Both the position numbers and the translations under genes were made by a program. Shown in pieces: positions 25,153-37,900 of a stretch of 64,000 nt of DNA; position 1 is the first letter of the stretch; each line of letters opens with the position of its first letter. Source of the DNA: Curvularia clavata (lineage: Eukaryota). The notes beneath the pieces were generated by a model. The model worked only from the letters and a program-made list of their open reading frames with translations. It did not search any database and had not been told where the DNA came from. Location of the stretch: positions 2,480,001 through 2,544,000 of the forward strand of contig CP089278.1 of assembly GCA_023920165.1 (NCBI GenBank). The letters are read 5' to 3'.

Positions 25153-25459
25153 ATTGGCGGCTCTTGTTTTCAGTCAGATGGAGAGTTATGTTTTCGAATT
25201 CCTCTCTGTGGAGAACTCGGTCTTTGAATATCCATTTATACCATAAGCATTCCAGGTGTCCCACTTGCCACTTCAAGCTAATGCGGTCAGCACTATACAC
25301 CCAATGGTTTTCAAAGGATTCTTTCTTGGCCCGGATGTTTGCCCTAATCAAATTTGTGGGTGTGAGAGGGAAGAGTAGACACGTTGCTGTTATGCGAAAG
25401 AAATGGGGTATCTCATTGTAAATCCTGGCCTAAGCCCTTATCGCAACGCCGGCAAATCA

Positions 25460-26336
25460 TTACCGCAGACCTGAGATGTCTCTGGACATTGAATGTACGC
25501 GATCTTCAAGCTCTTTTTTCTTCTTCTCTAGCTGGCGCGCCTCTTCTTCTTCACGTCGCAAGTCTTCCTCCGTCAAGGGCGCAACTGGCTCAGACTCATA
25601 TTGTGTTTCATCGGCCTCGTCCATATAGTCCTCCCGTGACCGGTTTAACTTTTCGAGCTGGACTTGCTGATCTGCTAGCCGCTCCTCATAGTACTGTAGT
25701 GATGCCGAGACTTGCGCATAACGTTGGCGCAAAGCCGCAATCTTGTCGTGTACACCTGGTATTGGGCTGGTTCTTGTTAGCTCGGACAAAGCATACATTG
25801 CCTGGTTCCACTTACTATACTCCGAGAAGCTTCTCGGCTCCCTCCAACAAAGACTCGACGTCTATTTCATTCTTATTGCTGGGGTTGTACATTCTGTAGC
25901 CCAAGCCAGAACCCGCACCCCCTCCACCACCTCTCCTTATTCTCTCCACAAGTTCGTTACCAAGAACTGCAGCAACAGCCGTATTGCGCCTAGGAGCTCT
26001 TACGGCGTTGGCGCCGCCTCCAGATATGCTAGCACCTCCTCCGTTGGGGTTGAAGATGGTGTTCCGTCTGTTCGTAGATGGGGCTGGCTCTGCATGTTTC
26101 GGAGCTGCTGGCGGCGGGGGAACAGAGAAGAGCGCTCTCTCATGCAGCTCAGTGTCGCGAATCAGACTGGTGATATCATGATTTTGCAGTAACGCGTTGG
26201 TAAAGATCTTTGGTGGGGCGAATCTGGGATGCGTTCAGTCGAGCGCCATGGTGCGAGGGCGAGGAACATACGGTAGCTCAGCAATCGACGCCGAGCAAAG
26301 CGATATCTGCTCCAAGTGCGCGTCAAGAAGTGTCAT
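25460..26336 (-). CDS. SPC34: DASH/Dam1 complex subunit Spc34, 3 exons
   Basis: Spliced translation MTLLDAHLEQISLCSASIAELPFAPPKIFTNALL..HDITSLIRDTELHERALF, then VYPIPG..KIAALRQRY and a C-terminal coiled coil. Confidence 0.88.
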
Positions 26337-26582
26337 GGTGTGCAACTCCCAGATACGAAGAGTGTATACCGGGGTGACGCGGGGTGTAAACAATGGGCGG
26401 CGGGCAATCGGTGCTCGATAACTATTCCCCGAAGTTCCGCGCTGGCGTCAGTAGCTGGGAGCTCGACCATCCAGCTACGCATCAACACCATCAACCCTCG
26501 CCCACCACTGCCAACTCTCTCCACGCCCGAAATTCCCTCCGCACCTTCCTTTCCCTCCGCAGAAACCACAAGAGCGAACAAA

Positions 26583-28313
26583 ATGGCGGACAGCATGGAA
26601 GGCGTCGTCACGGCGGGCGAGGCGCCCCAAACCGAGAACGTTGAGCAGAAGACGATTGCTGGTGAGTCGCCCAATCCGCACCCTACAGCATGCCTTTTAC
26701 CTCGAAATGCCCTTGTACCAAGTGTACGACGGCATGGCCGGCCCGCAAGATGTGTCCGAGCCACATGATTGCCACCGAGAGTGCGGCTTGCAAGTACCTG
26801 TACCAGCGTGCTGATCCGACGACGGTAGATATCCGCAGCAACTTTGTCCTTCTGGAGCGCGCTGTGGCCCAGTTCGACACCCGTTTCACTCTTCGCGCCC
26901 TTCGCTCAATATCGTCTCTTCGCAAGAGGCTCACCGACCGTGTACTATGTTCCGTCGTCATCTTGACATACTCGCCCAACAACGCCACTGCCCGGACTTT
27001 CATCGAGTACATCGGCATGGATGGCGAGGCGATACAGAGTGTTGTGTCCCAGTACAAGGAGGAGGTACAAGCCAATAAGAACAGCACTAAGGAGCCATTG
27101 CCCGAAGTGGACGTCTACATAGCCATTCTGATACAGGTACGTTTGGACCGAGCGAGCGGTGGACAGTAGCTGACAGGCATAGGTGTATCTTTACGACCAA
27201 AAGGAGTTTGAAGAGGGCGCCGAATTCTCTGAAAAGCTGGTAGACAAGATCCGAGAACTGAACAGACGGACACTCGACTCGCTAGCCGCGAAAGCCTATT
27301 TCTATTTTTCGCTTTTCCACGAGGAAATGGATCCCAAGCCCCCGTCCAAGCAATCGCCGGTCATTACCATCCGTGGAAAGCTGCTTGCTGCTCTCCGAAG
27401 CGCCGTCCTCAGGAAAGACCCAGACACACAAGCGTCCGTTACCACGCTGTTGCTCCGAAACTACCTCTCGACTGCCGATATCACACAAGCCGATTTGCTC
27501 GTGGCACAGACACAATTTCCGCCAAACGCTCCCAATAACCAGGTCGCGAGGTACCTATACTACCTCGGCCGCATAAGGGCTATCCAGCTGTCCTACACCG
27601 AGGCACACGAGCACTTGACTAGCGCTACCCGCAAGTCGCCATCCGCACCCTGCGCAACTGGCTTCTACCAGGCCTCTATGAAGCTTCTTTGCGTTGTTGA
27701 ACTGTTAATGGGTGATATTCCTGAGCGCGACGTCTTCAGTCAGCCTCGCTTGGAGCGTGCCATGGAGCCTTACTTCCGTCTGGTGCAGGCTGTCCGTGTA
27801 GGTGACTTGCAAGGATTCCTGAAGGTGGTCCAGCAATCGTCCTCCGTGTTCCACCGCGATGGCACCTACACGCTCATCCTCCGCCTGCGACAAAACGTCA
27901 TCAAGACAGGTATCCGCATGCTGTCATTGTCCTACTCGCGCATCTCGCTCCGCGACATCTGCATCCGCCTCGGTCTTGAGAGTGAAGAGTCGGCCGAGTA
28001 CATTGTCGCAAAGGCCATTCGTGATGGAGTGATTGAGGCGTCAATTGACCACGAAAAGGGTTTTATGCAGACAAAGGTGGCCGGGGACATCTACGCAACC
28101 CGCGAGCCTGGTGAGGCTTTCCACGAGCGCATTCGCGCATGCTTAACTCTGCACGATGAGTGCGTCAAGGCCATGCGCTATCCCATGAACCAGCACCGCC
28201 TGGAGCTTAAGAACGCCCAGGAGGCGCGCGAAAGGGAACGTGAGCTGGCCAAGGAGATCCAGGACGGTGATATTGATGAGGACGATGCGGCGGGGGACTT
28301 TGAAGGCTTGTAG
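26583..28313 (+). CDS. RPN3: 26S proteasome lid subunit Rpn3, 3 exons
   Basis: LNRRTLD, NNQVARYLYYLGRIRAIQL, LRLRQNVIKTG, SYSRISL and EYIVAKAIRDGVI (PCI domain). Introns 26662-26828 and ~27137-27182. Confidence 0.96.
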
Positions 28314-28689
28314 GAGCGTGTACGATAGCCATACTGGGGCCGCTTGCAGACACGAGTTAGATCCACATGTAATGACGCATGAATAGAAGAGACTTGACAC
28401 GAGGGAAACCTCGCAAAGACTGGCTGTATTCCACCATTGACATTAACCTGGAGACATGCGACAAAGAACAGAAAGCGTTGCTAAGTTTGACAGAGGGGAC
28501 CCATGCTGCACATCGATGCGCGTGCTAGCCGGTTGTAGCAAGTTTCCCATGTTCCGTTCCGTGAATTAGTCCCCGCAGCCTGCCCAAGACCCAACGCGCT
28601 CTGCCCCACACCCGCTCTACCTCACGTCACGACTCGAACGAGTTCCTGATGCTTCCTTGGGAATTACAACATGCTTGATTGGGGCAGCC

Positions 28690-29690
28690 ATGTAGGTTCT
28701 GACTTGTCAATTCCTCCATCTCGACATATACAGCCCAGCCATGATCTTGTCTCTAACACAAACATCAGGATTGACGTACCCCGGCGTCTCCGGCGCGCCA
28801 TCCTCCTCAACGACCTCCCTCTGGTGAAGCGCATCATCCGTAACAACCCAAACTACCTCCGCAACCCAGACTTTGACGATCGCTCCAATACTTCGCTACA
28901 TCTCGCTGCTAAGCATGGGTTCACCACGATCTGCGAGTATCTTGTCGATGCAGGCCACGAAGATGGCATGATCAGTCGCAACAACGATTGGGAAACACCA
29001 CTAATGCTCGCCGCCATGGCTGGCAAAGAAGAATGCGGCGTATATCTCACCAAGCGATTCCCTGAATGTGTGGGATGGAAGAACAAGGCGGGCTTGGACG
29101 CGCTCATGTTGGCATGCAAGTCGGGGTCTGGCACCTTGCACTTGATTCCATCCTTGATTATGCATGGCACGGATATACTCTCAGCATGCGACAACCAGGG
29201 TAACACGGCTCTGCATCATGCTTCTGCGGCTGGCGAGCTGAAGGTACTAAGGATGCTGCTACAGTACGGAGCGAATCCAGTGGCGAGTAATAGCTACAGC
29301 TGGACGCCAGTACACTACAGTGCAACGACTGCGGCGGAAACATATTTCAAGACATTGATTATTGAGTTCGAGAAGAAGAAGGCCGAGGGAAAGCGCGCAG
29401 TTGCGGAAAGGGAGCGCCAACGCACAGCTGGCGTGAGATTGGTTACGGATCCTGAGGGGTTGAAAGGCACAAGCGAGGCGGCTGCGAGTTCTGGAAATGA
29501 GGCCGTCCGTCCTGCGAGCGACAGTAGGCAAAGAGCAAGAGATGACGCGGCCATTGCGGGGCTGCCGGCTCCAGGCATGGAGTGGAGTCCTATAGAGAAG
29601 AGGAGAGCAATGACGCCTACCGAAGGTCGAGGATGGGGCTTCTCTGCTGACGGTATAAGGCCTCGAGCTGACACGGGAGAGTCAATATAG
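28690..29690 (+). CDS. Ankyrin-repeat protein, Avo2 (TORC2 subunit)-like
   Basis: MIDVPRRLRRAILLNDLPLVKRI N-terminus and ankyrin repeats NTSLHLAA, ETPLMLAA, DALMLAC and GNTALHHAS. The start ATG is split by intron 28692-28768; an unspliced in-frame ATG exists at 28671. Confidence 0.8.
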
Positions 29691-30032
29691 AATAACAGAG
29701 ACTCTCCTGTTTTGCCTGTCGAGTGTCTGGCGTCTTTGTATTATTATCTTGTATATCTGGGGGACGTGGATGCTATTTCGAATATCACGTAAACCTCTGG
29801 CAGGATACTTCATAAATGTTGTTCCCAATCAGAGGTTTCTTATTGTGCAAAACAATTTATACATAACACCATATCCTATGCTATATCCTATGTATTTCGC
29901 TGAGTGCTTGTCCCATATCCCTTATTTCCGAGTCCAGCTGTTTCAACCTTTGCGGTGACATGAAAAGAAAAATGAAATCCAAAAGTACGAACCGTGAAGA
30001 AAACCTTGCTGTGAACACGCGACCTGATATGT

Positions 30033-30845
30033 CTAGAATCCTCCAATACCATCGTCCGAATATTCACTTCTCTCATCCCAGCCCTCATCAACAGCTGTAG
30101 TATCTTCCATTAACGGCATTCCAGCCAAAGCCCTCAGCTCATTCGCCTCAAGCGGCTTCCCCAATCCAATAGAAAGCTGCTCTTCACCATCCTCCTCCTC
30201 TTCCAATTCCTCTGGCGCGTGGTAACTCCACGAATACTCAATGTCGGAAAGATCGTGTGGCTCGTTACTCGCGCCAACACGGCACTTGACCTTGAGCAAC
30301 TCCACTGCAAGAACACATTCCTCGTCTTGCTGCTGTGGATCCTTTGTCGAGGAGGTAATGTCCGACGCCGAGTCTACCCGCCTTACGGGCAGACGGAGAT
30401 GTGGGGACCCCGGTCTATCCTCGGTGGAGCCTTTCTTGAAAACGGGGTTCCGCACGGTGTGGATGCTGGTGACGAAGTAGACTGGTGTCTGCTCTTGCGT
30501 CATCTTGCGTAAGAACGTGCGTGTTGCTGTGTCACGGCGGAGCTGGTTGAAGAAGGTGTTGGGTTGTTCGAGCGTGGTGTGGGTCATTTGCTCTGCGGTC
30601 AAGTCGAGAAGGTTCGCGTGAGAGGACGCTTGGTTGGAGTTGGAGAATGAGTGCGTAGAAGTGAAGCGGCCATTGTCATCATATATGATGGTGTCTTTGT
30701 GTTTGGGATAAGTTGTTTGTTTAGAAGGTGGTGCCGTTGATGGCTTGAGAGATTCAGATTTGCTCGAGAGAGGATCAGTAATGAGCTGACCCAAGGTGAG
30801 GGCGGTTGAAGGTAGTGGTGCAGGCAGAACTAAGAAAGACGACAT
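30033..30845 (-). CDS. Hypothetical 270-aa protein, candidate divergent fungal gasdermin (HET-Q1/RCD-1-like)
   Basis: Single-exon ATG ORF. Motif order LTLGQLITDP ... FFNQLRRDTATRTFL...PVYFVTSIHTV ... CVLAVELLKV, followed by an acidic tail. Confidence 0.6.
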   Translation of the reverse strand: MSSFLVLPAPLPSTALTLGQLITDPLSSKSESLKPSTAPPSKQTTYPKHKDTIIYDDNGRFTSTHSFSNSNQASSHANLLDLTAEQMTHTTLEQPNTFFNQLRRDTATRTFLRKMTQEQTPVYFVTSIHTVRNPVFKKGSTEDRPGSPHLRLPVRRVDSASDITSSTKDPQQQDEECVLAVELLKVKCRVGASNEPHDLSDIEYSWSYHAPEELEEEEDGEEQLSIGLGKPLEANELRALAGMPLMEDTTAVDEGWDERSEYSDDGIGGF

Positions 30846-32215
30846 GACTGTTGTTGGATTTGCAGTATGATGGAAAGATAGGGCTAGAGAGTAAATATCA
30901 AGACGTGTACAGTATAACGAATAAATATCATTGAGGTTCAGCCCTATTTACATGTGCTTGAGTTGAACTTGAACGTTTGCTGTGGATCCACGGGTCGAAA
31001 ATCTGGAGCACATTCTTCATTTAGCACGGGCACTAGAGTATAAGAATCCTTACCTATGGACCTCCTCGGCAGATGATCATCATGCAATGCCAGAGATTGC
31101 GTGACGACGAGCAGTCAAGGCTGCGCTTGTCGTCGGTCGGACGGCGAACACTCGGCTGAACACGAGAACAAATCGGTACCATGACGATTCCCAAGCCAAG
31201 AGTGCCCCGCATTTTGAAACCGTTTACTGGATTGGTGATGGAGAACCATGTGCGCTATTACTTTGACGGTTCTGAGTGGCGGTCTGACGAGGATCGGCTG
31301 ACTTGTCCCTGAGACGACGCATGACATCCGAGGCTAGCTTTTGTACAGCAACGGAAAAGATCGGAGCCGCAAATGAATTTGTCCCCAAAATGGTCCAAAT
31401 GGTATGTTAGACGACAGAAATCCCTCAGACTGTAAAAGGAAAGAAAACATGTGAGTGTGTGACAGCTCGATGATGCGGCATGCACCTAGGCTGAGATAAG
31501 ATGGATTGCCGCGTGGATTTGTGATAAGAGAAGAACGGTAACGGAAGTCTTGATAGTGAATCCTCATGCGGTTCCGAGAAAGTAATACGTCTTTCATGTG
31601 AGATGTCGGCAATTATACCAATCTATCACTGCGTAAAAGTGTGTCACAAGCTACTGCATCTAGCGCTGTCGTGAAGATCGAATCATTTAGGGCGTCAATC
31701 CTAGAGGCATGCAATCGCGTCTAGGAGTTTTGGCAAAAAAGGTCTAGGTGAAGTAGTTTCTCTGTCTCGGAAATGCTACAGGGAATGGAAATTGCTATCG
31801 CAGTTGCGGACGGAAGAACTATCTCGGCCTATGCCATTGGTCAAGTCTTGCATTTACGCCAAGAAGGAATGACTAAGATGATGCGTGGCTGGTGGCTGGT
31901 GGCTGGGCAGACGCCATTGACAATAATACACTTTTCATGTGACGCTCGACGTTGCCGTTGAGTTATGTCGCACTTGCTGCCATTGCACCGTCATCAGGAA
32001 CAATAGCGACTATTGCTTCATTTTTCAAGAGATGGCAGGGACCGAGGCAGGCCTGTTTGCCAGGACCAAGGCCCATGGCTTCCGCTGCCTTCGGCAGTGG
32101 GCGGATAGCTGACACTGCCACACCGGGCATGAGCGAGATACCGAAGACATGACGACTTGACTCGACCCCACGGCCATCTTTGCAGCCCATTCAAATATCC
32201 GCTACCTGCAATACC

Positions 32216-34906
32216 ATGGCGGAGCCCGCAACTTGTGCAACCAGCGACCACGCTCGCCGCCAAAATGCCCTCGCCGAAATCCAATTCGCCTCGATCGTCG
32301 ACGATGACCTCACTCCTTCCGAAGACGAAACGCCAGAAGAGAGGGCACTGGAGTTGGAGACGGCGCAATCAGCAATAGGCGTCAGCATTGGCCGTGAGCA
32401 GACGCGTCTCACATCTCCAAAAACACCAGCTGCAGAGAAAGCTGCAGCGCTGGACGCGACAGAAGATGGGGCCTTCTTTGACGGCTGGCAGGAGGCTGTC
32501 GAACGTTCACCGGAACGTAAGACTGCGCCGGTATCTACAGGCGCACCAGTGCAAGGAACAACGCCATCCAAAGACACCCAGAAACCGGATACTAAGTCTT
32601 CACCACGTCAGACGGCAAGCAATGATGACCGTGATCGCCAATCTGACCCGCAAACACGCCTTCCCTCGCCATGGAGGGCCGGGCCAAAGACGTTCCAGAA
32701 AGAGAAGCCAAGCGATCACCGTGCCATGCTGCGCCAGCACCTGAAAAGTGGACGGCGGCGGGCGTCTTCTGGAGGCTCCATGACCGAAACCGTGCGCAAA
32801 TATATCAACTTCAACCTACCAGCGTCATTTACCAAGACATACAAAGACCTGCACTTTTCATTACCAAGTCTGTCGTCTTCTTCGCTGGATAGCGCGCCAA
32901 AACGGAGGCGGGATACGCTTGCACACACCCCACGACCGCAAAACATACCACAACACGATGGTGCCCGTCAGTCTACGCCCGGCGATTCTGGAGATGCTTC
33001 AAGGAATGTCTCAGATGAAGCACAGCAAGCCAAGACTGCTCCAGTTCCACAACGCGAGTTCAGCGACAGCAGCACCTCCACGATCTCCCCAGCAAGCCAA
33101 ACCCCGACTGAACGGCCTGCGCCTAGGCTGCGTCGGTCCAATTCTGAAGGGTCCTTGCTTTTGTATCGGTCTAGGTCTTTTGCATCCTCGTTGGGCGACG
33201 ACTCACGCTTCGAGAGTGTACAAGAGCAGGTCAACAGCAGACTGAAGGCACTGAGGGACAGTTGGCAAGATTCGAACTTTAAACTTCCAAGCCCTTCGCT
33301 CCCCAATTTCAACCTGGGCTCTAGCACAGACTTGTTCAAGAATCGTAATTCCAGTGCTACGTCCAAGGTACGTGATGGTGAAGAGGGCCCTGTGCATCGA
33401 GTGGGTCTTCGGGGAAGTGCATCTGGTGCAGCTTTGCGCCGCGACTCTCTGAGACAGAAGCGTTCATCGCTTCGTAATGGAGACTCAGAGAATGATGCGC
33501 ATCCGTACTTCACGCAGGCTCTACAAGAATTGGAAGGAGACCTAGTGATACTTGGAGGCTATCGTGGCTCTATCCTGCGCTCAGCAGAGCCTCCGCACCG
33601 CCAATTGTGGGTACCCATCAAGGTCGGGTTGAACCTGCGGAAAGTGGATTTAGAAGTGCCACTTGATCCAGATGCCGATGAAAAAATGCATGAAACCATC
33701 ATTCCAAGCGGTATGCTGACTCATATTGGACCTGTGGATATCGCAAAGCGCCTTTTCAAGCGGCTGAGAGCCAGCGACAATGCCAGAGACGGAAAGCTTC
33801 GGGTGCATAATTACGGATATGATTGGCGGCTTTCACCACATTTCCTTAGTCGGCAGATGATACAGTTTCTCGAAACATTGCCCTGCAATCAACCCGGAGT
33901 GCCTTCAGAGAAGCGTGGCGCTACAATCATTGCACATTCGCTGGGTGGTCTGATCGTTCGCCATGTCATCAACAAGCGCCCAGAACTTGTCGCTGGGGTG
34001 GTATACGCTGGTGTACCACAACGATGTGTCAATATCCTTGGGCCTTTCCGCAACGGCGACGATGTCCTCTTGTCCTCACGCGTCTTAACCGCTCAAGTTA
34101 ATTTCACCATTCGCACGTCTTTCGCGCTCTTACCCCTCGACGGAAAATGCTTTATCAACAAGCACACCAAAGAAGAGTATCCTGTAGACTTTTTCGACGT
34201 CAACACCTGGAAGGAATGCCGTTTATCGCCTTGCATAGCAGCGCCCCTGCCTCGTCCTGAGCCGTCCAAGGACAGTGCCTTTAGCGTTAGCGGGCTAATG
34301 AATGCTGTCTCCAACGTACTGCCGACATTCCCTCCCCGAAAAAACAGTTCTGTCAAAGATTCAGCTGATATTGCACGCAACGCCGCAAACGTCGCCACTG
34401 AGGAAGGTGCTGAACAAGCAGGTATGGGTCCGCAAATGGGACACGGTCAAGGCACGGAGACTTCAAAAGAACCAAATCCGGCGACTCACGTTACGATCCC
34501 ATACGACAAGGCTATCGAATACCTCACACGCACCCTTGCAGAAGTCAAGACTTTCAAGCAAGAATTGGAACACCGACCTGAGCATACGGCTGCGAATGCA
34601 TATCCACCCGTTGCCTTGATATACGGAAAGTCCATACCGACGGTATACGGGGCAAAAGTCGAAAGCAGAGAGGCCATCAAGCGGGCGGACGTATACGACG
34701 AGCTTGCGTTTGCCAGCGGAGATGGCGTAGTGTTGGCTCGCGCGGCCATGGTTCCCCCAGGATACAGTGTTGTCAAGGGGGGAGTAGTATCTAGTGACCG
34801 TGGGCATGTTACTCTGCTAGGTGACCTAGAGGCTGTTGGGAAGTGTCTACATGCTGTTATCCAGGCACGCAAACATGGAGTGGGACTAGGGCCACAGGCT
34901 CGCTGA
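32216..34906 (+). CDS. Alpha/beta-hydrolase (YJR098C/LCAT-like) with a long disordered N-terminus
   Basis: VILGGYRGSILR, YGYDWRLS, nucleophile elbow IAHSLGG, GDGVV and GHVTLL. First ATG at 32216. Confidence 0.88.
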   Translation: MAEPATCATSDHARRQNALAEIQFASIVDDDLTPSEDETPEERALELETAQSAIGVSIGREQTRLTSPKTPAAEKAAALDATEDGAFFDGWQEAVERSPERKTAPVSTGAPVQGTTPSKDTQKPDTKSSPRQTASNDDRDRQSDPQTRLPSPWRAGPKTFQKEKPSDHRAMLRQHLKSGRRRASSGGSMTETVRKYINFNLPASFTKTYKDLHFSLPSLSSSSLDSAPKRRRDTLAHTPRPQNIPQHDGARQSTPGDSGDASRNVSDEAQQAKTAPVPQREFSDSSTSTISPASQTPTERPAPRLRRSNSEGSLLLYRSRSFASSLGDDSRFESVQEQVNSRLKALRDSWQDSNFKLPSPSLPNFNLGSSTDLFKNRNSSATSKVRDGEEGPVHRVGLRGSASGAALRRDSLRQKRSSLRNGDSENDAHPYFTQALQELEGDLVILGGYRGSILRSAEPPHRQLWVPIKVGLNLRKVDLEVPLDPDADEKMHETIIPSGMLTHIGPVDIAKRLFKRLRASDNARDGKLRVHNYGYDWRLSPHFLSRQMIQFLETLPCNQPGVPSEKRGATIIAHSLGGLIVRHVINKRPELVAGVVYAGVPQRCVNILGPFRNGDDVLLSSRVLTAQVNFTIRTSFALLPLDGKCFINKHTKEEYPVDFFDVNTWKECRLSPCIAAPLPRPEPSKDSAFSVSGLMNAVSNVLPTFPPRKNSSVKDSADIARNAANVATEEGAEQAGMGPQMGHGQGTETSKEPNPATHVTIPYDKAIEYLTRTLAEVKTFKQELEHRPEHTAANAYPPVALIYGKSIPTVYGAKVESREAIKRADVYDELAFASGDGVVLARAAMVPPGYSVVKGGVVSSDRGHVTLLGDLEAVGKCLHAVIQARKHGVGLGPQAR

Positions 34907-37900
34907 GTAGGCGTTGAGGGGATCCTATCCCGATTGATCAAATAATCATACGAAACATATATTATATTTTACCAACGAATCCATGAAATCTCTTGCAAAG
35001 ACTATTCTCCCATGCTTAAATGATATTATGTTCAATGAGCCAGCTGTGGGTTGCTGGTCTTTAGTTGTACCATGGAATATGCTGCTGAGGTTTTGCGAAT
35101 ACCTTTGATATAGGTCAGGATCAAAAACCTTTCATGACGACGATGAAATGACGTCTCGCATGTACATAATCCATGCTCCTCTCTCATTACTATGACTTGG
35201 GTTCCGTCTTGCCTCCACCCGCTCAGTTCGTTGCTTGCGTTATTGAATATCTTGTATATTCAGTGGCCGATCTGAACGTCTCAACAAGATGAATAACAGC
35301 GCTAATATGTATGTCTGACGCGTTCCTCAATGCATGTGTGATGTGCTTCTCAATGTATTGGTGAAGCTTGTCACGATGTTGCCTGGGACATTCAAAAACG
35401 CTGAGACGCTCGACAGGCGCCCTAGCTTCAGTTCACTCTGCGTTGATGTCCCACAGCCTAATTGTCTTGAATCTCGATAGAGAGTCCTCTTCCTTAGTTT
35501 GATAATAGAGATATCACAGGCCCCACTGTTGATTGGTAATATGTCTGAGAATAGCAAGCATAGCGAGATGCATGTGCATATTTGGTTTGATGATTCGAAT
35601 ATCTTATGCCGCATACATGCATTCTTATGAAAACTTCAGCTGTACGCTAGATTGACTAGAGAACGAATATGACACTGTGCAAGATGAGAACGTTTGTTTT
35701 GTAGATTATGTATTGTATTGGCTACGGTAGATTGGACCATGACATTCCCAGACTTTGGTTCACTGATGAAGATGCAGTGATTCCAGCTGTAGGGAAGAAA
35801 TTTGCAACATCCTCGGAGAAATGTGATCGGAATCGTGTATGCCCAGGCGACCTAAAAGACCAAGGAGCGTGGTGCTGACGACTGGCTGGAGATGAAGAGA
35901 TCGGCCAAACTCTGGGAGACACCACTGGCTGTTTGGTCCCATTAGCGATTGGACTCGATTGATGTGTTTGAGAGTTTCCATTCCGTTCCTACCATACAAA
36001 CCGAGTCTTTACGTAAAAATGATCTGTGTTGAGGAACAGGATACGATGTGCCCGATCGGTGACAGGCATGGATATCAGCTCATTACAATATCCCAAAGTC
36101 CACCCCACTGTAGACTGTTTCCACCTCAGCCGGGTGCGTCGGGCACTGCTTGAGCTGGATCTCGTCGCTCGTGCTCCTGTCGCTGAAGGGTTGCGAATCG
36201 GGTCATTCCGCGGAGAGGGCTGACCCCTCAAGGTTATAGTCCCTGAGTCGACCTCTCATTGGCGGATCGTGTTCCAGCCATCCGTAGTTGACAAAGTAGC
36301 TAGGGAGTTCCGCGAATTGCCAAGGATTTTGAGGCCCAGTTCAACGGTGCAGCTGATTTGGTGCTACCATGCGGATCGGCCGCTTCCGCGGAGAGTGACA
36401 TTTGAACCGGTGGCAGCGATCTCGATGTTGAGAATGGACAGGGCGTTGTTGCCGGCTGTACGTCAAGCGCGCTAGCCGAGATAAGCTGGCGGCAACGTCC
36501 CTAGACTTTCGGAATATTCACTCTTGGCGTTCCCCTTCGCCATCGTCTTCGATGGCGTTCCCCATCGCCTCCACCTACTCAAAGTAGAAAATGGAGACTG
36601 TCGGCCACGCGTCTTGGTCTATTTGATCATACTTCAGCTGCTGCTGCGAGATGAAGTTTGGAGCTTACATAGTCTTGTCGCTATGTCGGTTCCTCTTAAC
36701 GCTTAGTTACATGCAGACACGATCGTCGTCTCCCATGATAGGCCACTCCGATTGGTTGAACAAGCCGTAGTCTGGCGCGGCAGGGCTGAGAGGGAGTTCT
36801 ATCTGTGGTGCTAGGGAGCTTCGACGACTGAAAACAACAACCAAACTCTGGACCATCAAATCTGATGTGCTTGTAACTCGTGGATGCAGGAAAGGTGTTT
36901 TACAAATCATCTCCACAACTAGTCCCAGTCGATGGATTCTTGTCGCTAGTCAAGCTGTTAAGTTGATGCGTAGAGTTGAACATCTGGTTACATCTAGCCC
37001 ATGTTCAGGCTCGGCATAGGTGCCATGTAGCCACACTAAGCTTTACACTAGGCGCCTCCGAAGCTCCTTCATTCAACGAATGTATCTCACTATACCTCCC
37101 AGCCCCTACACACAGTTATTCGGTACCAGCAGGGCTACGGCTGATGAAGTCGCCTCACACTTCCACTGTGCCAAAAGACTGACACCATATGCAGGTCATT
37201 TTCACTTCGCTACCACCGCAAAGCATGCTGCTAACAAGGCAAGGCCGTGGCATATCTACTTGTTTCATCGCTGGTTGCATGAACCAATTACGTTGGTTGG
37301 CCACCACTCTTGACATTGGCGCCATCGACATTTCCCGATTGATCTGCGGGGAAGATCTCGCAGCACATGGCACCACATCAGCACCCTTGAATACAGAGCA
37401 CGAGGATAGATTCTCCAAAAAAACACTTTCACAAGCACATTTACAAAATCACAGCGTAGCCGACGATTCTCGCCAGCGGCTCGGGGTTGTGGTTCCGCCA
37501 CAGTTGCCCAATTCGCCCACGCCGCTTTCTGAAGATCAGATCGTTGACAAACGCGAAAGAAGCGCACACCGCGGCCACAGAACAAAGTGCTTCGCCCCAG
37601 CACCTTCTTCAGTGACTGTCTAGCCCGTTCTTCTGTGAGACATCTGCCGTGTCAGAAATAGCACCTTTCCGAGAACGGCAAACATCGACGCTGTTCACTG
37701 ACCGTCGTAATAAGACCATTGAGTTTGCATTGTTTCTATCAAGGCGCGCAATGGTATCCGGCCCTGTTTCCCATGGGTACACCTGCCCTGGACGATGCAA
37801 GTCGGATTCGCCGTGCTTTGAACGGCCTAGGCCTCAGTGATCTCGAAACACATCTTGCTGGGTCTGCAAGGATGGGACAATTTTTACAGCTGGCGTGTTC

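Noticed and set aside
13080..30845. One immune cluster linking the AAA/NACHT-like pair to the gasdermin-like gene
   Set aside because: They are separated by ~11.6 kb including the housekeeping genes SPC34 and RPN3. There is no evidence of functional linkage.
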